A stretch of 13,730 bases of DNA from contig JAWAJB010000024.1 of NCBI GenBank assembly GCA_038888155.1, forward strand, positions 1 through 13,730, given 5' to 3'. The notes beneath the pieces are model-generated. The model had not been told where the DNA came from. It saw only the letters and a list, made by a program, of their open reading frames with translations, and did not search any database. A program made the translations under genes and the position numbers. The DNA is from Desulfurococcaceae archaeon (GTDB lineage: Archaea > Thermoproteota > Thermoprotei_A > Sulfolobales > Desulfurococcaceae). Positions 8,377 to 13,730 of the stretch are shown here, in pieces (the stretch's first letter is position 1; every line of letters begins with the position of its first letter).

Positions 8377-10028
8377 ATGGAGATAAGCATAATCGCGCCA
8401 AAAGCAAGATACTGTGGTATTAGCCAATATACTAGGGACTTGTATGAACATCTTTTAAAAACTACCCCTAGCTTAAAAGGACAAGTACGATTTTCGGTCT
8501 CATCTTTTACTGTTGGACCGTTTGTCAACGTGATAGGCATTGCCCTCAAAATGTTTGTCAAGTGTCCAAAAGTTTTGCACTTTCAGTACCATCCTGGTCT
8601 CATAGCTCCTGTAGTACCAATTGTTGGTCGATGGATATACCGAGCCAACGTTATTATGCTCTATGGCTTAATTCTTTTATATTCATACCTCTCCCGCATA
8701 TTTCGTTCGCATTTTCTACCTAAGATTTGCATTACTGTTCATGGATTTTCTTTCCCAGTAGATCGAATCTTTCAGAACATGTTATCCAAGTTCCATTACA
8801 TCATTGTTCACAGCGACTTCGCACGCGAGGCACTGATCAAATGTGGTTTACCCCCCAGCAAGATTCGAGTCATACCACATGGTATTCCTATCTTCAATAA
8901 GTACGTAGAAACTACGGTAGGGAAAAAGAAGTTAAGGTCGTTATTTTTGGGTTCATTCATGAAAATAAAGGTCACGATATAGCGATTAAGGCACTTCAAT
9001 TCCTTCCAAGACACTACAAGTTGCTGATTTGTGGTAGTCCACGCATTCGCGCTCATTATCCTTATTTTTACAAATTGAAAGCGATGGTATCAGCGCTAGG
9101 CCTTAACGATCGAGTAAAATTCTTAGGTTTTATTCCAAATGAAAGATTGCAAGAAATTATGAAGGAGTGCGATTGTGCAATTTACCCTTATCTTTGGCCA
9201 GATAATTGGATAGAATCATCTGGTGCTTTAGGGATTCCCATTAGTTACGGCTTACCAGTAATTGCTTCCGACACTGCAGTCTTTAAAGAAATCTATAATA
9301 AATATAAGTGTTTGAAGCTTGTTAAACGCGGTGATCCACAGGATTTAGCAAGTGCTATTCGACAGGTAGTAGAAGATGAGAAGCTTCGAAAAGAGCTTCT
9401 AGATAACATGTCTACTTTTCAAGAAGCTGCATCTTGGAGAAAAGTAGCAGATCTAACTTTAAATACTTATCTTGAACTTATAGTTGACCACCCAGACTAT
9501 ATATATGAAGATGAAAGCCAACGATCACGCCTTACGTGGCTTCGGAGTCAGTGCCAAGGGAAAATACTTGAAGTGGGATGTGCAACAGGATATGTTACGA
9601 CGTATGTCGGCGCTATTTGTGGTGTAGATATTAGGCCAGATCGACTTTTCTTAGCCAAAAGGAAATATCCTCAAATAGAGTTCATTCTTTCTAATGCCAC
9701 AAGACTTCCGTTTAAAGACTCATCTTTTGATACCGTTCTCTTGCCTGATATTTTAGAACACATGAATTTCAAAGTAGCAGCAAAAGCAATAAGAGAAGCT
9801 ACACGTGTATCAAAGCGACTGGTAGTGATAACACTCCCCAGAGCAGAGCATCAAAGTTACAAGACTGATACCGTTACAGGGCGTTTAAACCCGGAGCATT
9901 TATGGGATCCTACAGAGGGGAAAATCAAGAATCTTTTTAGAGATTATAAGTACGAGCTACATACATCTTCCGACGGGAAATTCTGGTTAGTAAAAGTCAT
10001 ATTGGATAAAGGTTGGAACATAAAATGA
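8377..10028 (+). pseudogene. GT4 glycosyltransferase - class I SAM methyltransferase fusion with one frameshift (track ORFs 8377..8982 and 9021..10028)
   Basis: GT4 N-domain 'CGISQYTRDL', 'HFQYH', 'ITVHG', 'IIVHS', 'VIPHG'. One extra base between 8901 and about 8930 (e.g. in GGGAAAAAG, 8920-8928) joins it to 'VVIFGFIHENKGHD...FLGFIP...ESSGALGIPISYGLPVIASD...SWRKVA'. From about 9486 an MTase domain follows ('ILEVGCATG', 'GVDI', 'LPFKDSSFDTVLLPDILEH'). Restored length 550 aa. Confidence 0.88.
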
Positions 10029-11227
10029 GAATTGCAGTTTTCCATAATCTACCCTCTGGAGGAGCTAAAAGGTCTCTCTACAATTTTGTGAAGTATCTTA
10101 TGAAATTAGGACATATAGTTGACGTCTTCGTCCCCTCTACTGCCGATGAGCATTTCCTCCCATTAAAAGAGGTTTCTAATAAGTTTCAGGTATTTCAAGT
10201 GAAGAGGACGATTACTGGACTTATAAAATCTACCATTCGATATGGTCCATCACTAAGACATCTAGCAGATCTTGAAAGGACTCAGAGACATATTGCTAAT
10301 GTTATTAATCGAACTGATTATGATGTTGTTTACATAGAACAAGACCGCTACGTTATGTCCCCCTTCCTTCTGAAGTACATTAAAAAACCAAGTATCTACT
10401 ATTGTCCGCAACCTCTAAGAACTTCAGAGGTTATTCTGCAAAAACTTTCTCAAAAAGTTAGGAAGGTAAGGAGAGAAAACGTCTTCCGCAAGTTAATAAG
10501 AGAATATTTCTTAAGGAAGATAGCTGAGATAGATAGGTATAACGCATCCTTCGCAAACCATGTTTTGACGAATTCGTATTTCTCTAGAGAGGCTATTTTG
10601 AGAGCTTACGGGTTAAATTCCTTTGTGTGCTATCTTGGCGTAGACACAGAGACTTTTAAGCCTTTAAATTGTATTAAGGAAAACTACGTTCTATCTGTAG
10701 GAGCTTGCGATCCAGCAAAAGGGTACGACTTTATTATAAGGTCTCTAGGTTTAATCGATCAAAAAATTCGGCCTAAGCTTATAATAGTTTGTGATAGGGG
10801 AGATGACCTTTGGATAAACTATCTTAAACAACTTGCTTCGCGACTTAATGTTAACTTGGAGATTAGAAGTCGGATAACAGACGATGAACTTGTTTTACTT
10901 TATAATAAGGCAAAGTTAGTTGTTTACGCTCCTTATCTTGAACCCTTTGGACTCGTTCCTTTAGAAGCTATGGCTTGTGGTGTTCCTGTTGTTGCCGTAA
11001 AGGAGGGAGGGATAAGAGAGAGCGTTATTCATGGTGAAACTGGTATACTGACTGAAAGGGATGAACAGATGTTTGCTGAAGCAATTGAGGAATTGCTACT
11101 AGATGATAGTAAAAGAGTTCAAATGGGTAAGAGAGGTGTAGATGTCGTTAAAAATTTCTGGACAGCAGAGCATGCTGTAAAAAGATTACTTTGGCATTTA
11201 GAACGTGCTATAAATCTATACACATGA
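10025..11227 (+). CDS. Glycosyltransferase family 4
   Basis: 'MRIAVFHNLPSGGAKR', 'LTNSYFS', 'YLGVD', 'AKGYD', 'YLEPFGLVPLEAMACGVPVVAVKEGGIRESV'. ATG 10025 makes an ATGA overlap with the upstream stop, so it is preferred over TTG 10013. Confidence 0.95.
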   Translation: MRIAVFHNLPSGGAKRSLYNFVKYLMKLGHIVDVFVPSTADEHFLPLKEVSNKFQVFQVKRTITGLIKSTIRYGPSLRHLADLERTQRHIANVINRTDYDVVYIEQDRYVMSPFLLKYIKKPSIYYCPQPLRTSEVILQKLSQKVRKVRRENVFRKLIREYFLRKIAEIDRYNASFANHVLTNSYFSREAILRAYGLNSFVCYLGVDTETFKPLNCIKENYVLSVGACDPAKGYDFIIRSLGLIDQKIRPKLIIVCDRGDDLWINYLKQLASRLNVNLEIRSRITDDELVLLYNKAKLVVYAPYLEPFGLVPLEAMACGVPVVAVKEGGIRESVIHGETGILTERDEQMFAEAIEELLLDDSKRVQMGKRGVDVVKNFWTAEHAVKRLLWHLERAINLYT

Positions 11228-11287
11228 AAGGTTGTAGACATAAAAGCACAAATTTAAGAGCTAAAGATAGCTGTAAGGCTTACTACG

Positions 11288-11668
11288 ATGAGAGAGTATC
11301 CAGACTAGAGAGTTTTGATAAATGAGTCGTTCGCCAAAGAGAGGCAGAGGATTCACTTGATCAGGGCGGACTCGCACGACCCGAAGACCTTAGAGTTCGT
11401 TAAGAGGATCCTTGGCAATGGTAAGCTCGACTTCTTATTTATAGATGGAGATCATACCTATGAGGGTGTAAAGAGGGACTTCGAGATGTACTCTCCGCTA
11501 GTTAGGAAGGGAGGCATAATAGCCTTCCACGACATTGTTGAACATCCACCTGAAACTGGCTGTGAAGTAAGTAGGTTCTGGAATGAAATTAAGCACAGTT
11601 ATAACTATCTCGAGATTGTTAAGAGCTGGGATCAGAAGTGGGCTGGCATAGGGGTCATCTATGTGTAA
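11288..11668 (+). pseudogene. Methyltransf_24-type methyltransferase, C-terminal half only, with in-frame TAG at 11306-11308
   Basis: 'IRADSH', 'LDFLFIDGDHTYEGVKRDF', 'GGIIAFHDI', 'VSRFW', 'WAGIGVI'. SAM-binding motif I (ExG) is absent. The upstream frame reads MREYPD*RVLINESFAK. Confidence 0.85.
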
Positions 11669-12074
11669 TGTGGCTGTAATAGAGTTCTTCATCGAAAACG
11701 TTAGGCCTGAGGAGTTTAAGGATAAGAGGATTTTAGAAGTCGGCAGTAAGTATGTTGACGTAGTCCTCCCCGCTGAGGAGCTAGTTGAATATTTTGGTAG
11801 CGAATCCTTTGATGTCGTAATCTCAACAGAAACTCTAGAACATGTTAAGGATTGGAGGAAAGTTATAACGAATATGAGGGAAGTGCTGAAACCCGGAGGC
11901 TATATATATATCACAACTCGTTCTAGAGGGTTCTCATATCATGGCTATCCTTACGATTTTTGGAGGTATGAGGTAGGGGATATGAGGAGGATATTTGCAG
12001 ACTTTGAAATTATTAATCTGAGCGTAGATCATGAAGCTCCAGGAGTATTTGTTAAGGCTAGGAAGCCACTATAG
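11661..12074 (+). CDS. Class I SAM-dependent methyltransferase (Methyltransf_11-like) with apparent in-frame internal deletion; possibly a pseudogene
   Basis: 'ILEVGSKYV' runs directly into 'DVVLPAE...FDVVISTETLEHV...LKPGGYIYITTRS.GFSYHGYPYDFWRY'. The helix and beta-2 strand with its acidic residue are missing. Only 137 aa. Confidence 0.82.
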   Translation: MCNVAVIEFFIENVRPEEFKDKRILEVGSKYVDVVLPAEELVEYFGSESFDVVISTETLEHVKDWRKVITNMREVLKPGGYIYITTRSRGFSYHGYPYDFWRYEVGDMRRIFADFEIINLSVDHEAPGVFVKARKPL

Positions 12075-12122
12075 AGAAGCTGGCTGGGTTAACCAACGAA
12101 GTATTAAGCTGAGGGGGTCTTG

Positions 12123-12180
12123 GGCTCAACTAAAATGCTTGTTTGAAACGCACATAGCGTATGAACATCCATGTTGAGCC
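12123..12180. repeat. Imperfect inverted repeat (58-nt potential hairpin)
   Basis: GGCTCAAC/GTTGAGCC (8 bp perfect), then nested ATG/CAT, TGTTT/GAACA (one G-U) and ACGC/GCGT around loop ACATA. Confidence 0.5.
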
Positions 12181-12274
12181 ATAAACATATATTCCAATTA
12201 CCTTGAGATGCGCGTGAATACAAAGTCTTAACGAGTATTGAGGGGGCTAGGAACGTTTAAAACTCAACAAAGTC

Positions 12275-12289
12275 CATAAATACTTATAT
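12275..12289 (+). promoter_or_regulatory. Putative archaeal BRE/TATA promoter of the protease gene
   Basis: CATAAA-TA-CTTATAT ending about 31 nt before ATG 12321. Confidence 0.45.
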
Positions 12290-12320
12290 GTACCCGCACA
12301 ATTTCTTCTGTTAGGCTGAT

Positions 12321-12710
12321 ATGATGGGGCATATTTATGTGAAGGCTACATTCTATAATGCTGTCGATTACGTCCAATACTTGGAGGGGAAGTGCAAGTT
12401 AGAAGAAGTGAGGAAAGTTAAGGTGGAAGCTCTCGTTGATACGGGTGCGACTTTCCCAGCTCTACCTGAAGACATGGTTATGGAGCTTGCATTGCCGAGC
12501 TTAGGCGAACACCTAGCTGAGGGCGCTGGAAAAGTTAGGCTTGCAGCCAACGCCATAATAGAGGTAGAGGATAGGATAGCTCAATCACCCATTATCATTA
12601 GACCGAGGGGCACAACTCCGCTCATAGGCGTGGTAGCCCTGGAGCAAATGGGCTACAGGGTTGATCCAACAACAGGAAAGCTTATCAAAGGATTACCGTT
12701 TATGCTCTAA
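12321..12710 (+). CDS. Clan AA (retropepsin-like) aspartic protease
   Basis: 'MGHIYV', catalytic 'ALVDTGAT', 'PLIGVVALEQMGYRVDPTTGKL'. Single 129-aa domain; the start may be ATG 12324. Confidence 0.9.
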   Translation: MMGHIYVKATFYNAVDYVQYLEGKCKLEEVRKVKVEALVDTGATFPALPEDMVMELALPSLGEHLAEGAGKVRLAANAIIEVEDRIAQSPIIIRPRGTTPLIGVVALEQMGYRVDPTTGKLIKGLPFML

Positions 12711-12774
12711 ACACCTGAAACAATATGACCGGGAACAGGACCGTTATCAAAGCATAAAATTCATAATCTAACAT
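12700..12774 (-). CDS. Candidate 24-aa hydrophobic small protein
   Basis: MLDYEFYALITVLFPVILFQVFRA*, with GAGGAGGT (complement of 12786-12793) 11 nt upstream. Confidence 0.25.
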   Translation of the reverse strand: MLDYEFYALITVLFPVILFQVFRA

Positions 12775-12857
12775 GCGCGCACATTACCTCCTCACAGACC
12801 ACTACGCAACAAAGCAGTGGAGAAACTACTGTGACTACATGAAAGTTTATGGTTTTT

Positions 12858-12872
12858 CGTAATGGTTTTAAG
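12858..12872 (+). promoter_or_regulatory. Putative TATA box of the DUF1616-like gene
   Basis: CGTAATGG-TTTTAAG, ending 30 nt before TTG 12903. Confidence 0.4.
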
Positions 12873-12902
12873 TTTGTTTTCTCTTATGTGTAGTGGATTG
12901 GG

Positions 12903-13730
12903 TTGAGTTGGGTTTTTGATGATGAGGTTTTAGCTGTTGTTTTGGCTGTTGTTGTGGTGGGTTTTGTTTTTGGTTTTTCTCAGTTTATTTTGAGTGGTAG
13001 GGTTGTGGAGCCTTTTTCTGCTTTGGGTCTTTTGGGTCCTAATATGAGGATTGGGGATTATCCTAGGGAGGTTGTGGTTGGGGTGCCATTTAAACTTTAT
13101 TTGTATGTTCATAATTTTGAGGGGAGGAGTGTTTATTATAGGATTCTTGTTAAGCTTGGTGATAGGAATTCCACTATTAGTAGTGTTAAGCCTTTAGATT
13201 CTAATCCGATCATGGAGTTTAGGAGGGTTTTAACTCATAATCAAACGTGGATTCACCCTGTGAATATAACTTTATATGATTCTGGGGTGAATAGGAGACT
13301 TGTTTTTGAGATGTGGATTTATAATGAGACTTCTAAAGGTTTTTCATATTATGGTAGGTGGAATCAGCTTTGGATTAATGTTACTGCTTCACCATTAAAT
13401 TTAACTTCAACTGGTAAATCTATTGTGCTTCCAAGTGAAGTTGAAGATTTGTTGATTAAAGGTTTTCTAGCTGTTAGGAGGGCTGAAGATTCTGGTGGTG
13501 ATGTAAATGTGATGGTTTCAATTTTGAATGAAGCATTGGATTATGCTCAGATGGAGGGATATGTTGAAGCTGGGAATTTAGTGGAAAAGGTTTTGTCTAT
13601 GGAGGGGGAGGTTTCTCGAATAGGTTTGGAGAATAGGAATAGGCAACTATTGTTTAATGTTGTATTGTTTGGGGCCGTTTTGAGTGGAAGTGTATGTTCC
13701 TATGCTTATTTGAGGAGGAGAATTTGGATG
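12903..13730 (+). CDS. DUF1616-like membrane-anchored protein with an extra C-terminal helical/TM region; runs off the right end
   Basis: Open from TTG 12903 (first start after TAG 12891) for 276 codons with no stop: MSWVFDDEVLAVVLAVVVVGFVFG...EPFSALGLLGPNMRIGDYPREVVVG...LYVHNFEG...YRILVKLG...LVFEMWIY...GRWNQLWINVT...AVRRAEDSGGDV...LNEA... Missing from the ORF track because it has no stop. Confidence 0.85.
   Translation, partial: MSWVFDDEVLAVVLAVVVVGFVFGFSQFILSGRVVEPFSALGLLGPNMRIGDYPREVVVGVPFKLYLYVHNFEGRSVYYRILVKLGDRNSTISSVKPLDSNPIMEFRRVLTHNQTWIHPVNITLYDSGVNRRLVFEMWIYNETSKGFSYYGRWNQLWINVTASPLNLTSTGKSIVLPSEVEDLLIKGFLAVRRAEDSGGDVNVMVSILNEALDYAQMEGYVEAGNLVEKVLSMEGEVSRIGLENRNRQLLFNVVLFGAVLSGSVCSYAYLRRRIWM

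Noticed and set aside
4808-12074. Methyltransferases as DNA restriction-modification or defence genes
   Set aside because: No DPPY/NPPY or PCQ catalytic motifs and no nuclease; motifs fit small-molecule or sugar methyltransferases.
12140-12168. Resemblance of the GAA internal loop and short GC stem to an archaeal SECIS
   Set aside because: No in-frame TGA at a plausible Cys position in the adjacent genes, and the lower stem is weak.
789-12556. Minus-strand track ORFs (789, 1239, 3726, 5186, 6093, 7772, 8268, 8808, 11498, 12368)
   Set aside because: All are antisense shadows of + strand genes or relics and have no recognisable motifs.
12784-12793. ACCTCCT as a 16S rRNA 3' end
   Set aside because: No rRNA-like sequence around it; better read as a minus-strand Shine-Dalgarno.
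12930-13112. 60-aa minus-strand ORF rich in K, N, H, T, Q
   Set aside because: Artefact of the G/T-rich DUF1616-like gene on the opposite strand.
1-13730. CRISPR array, tRNA, IS element or integrase
   Set aside because: No regularly spaced repeats, cloverleaf or transposase/integrase motifs found by eye; short degenerate elements could have been missed.

Overview
Archaeal (probably Thermoproteota-like; inferred from gene families, ATGA overlaps and TATA/BRE-like promoters) surface-glycan biosynthesis and modification island, almost all on the + strand. It holds the 3' end of a probable NMP-kinase-like gene, three intact GT4 glycosyltransferases, a GT-C-like polytopic membrane protein, a nucleotidyltransferase, one intact and several damaged class I SAM methyltransferases, and a GT4-methyltransferase fusion split by a 1-nt frameshift. 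It ends with a clan AA aspartic protease and the 5' part of a DUF1616-like gene missed by the ORF track. Several 'intergenic' gaps are gene debris: a GT4 relic, a radical SAM relic, and two diverged copies of one methyltransferase segment with TAG at the same codon. No rRNA, tRNA, CRISPR or transposase was seen. Family calls come from motif reading, not database searches.
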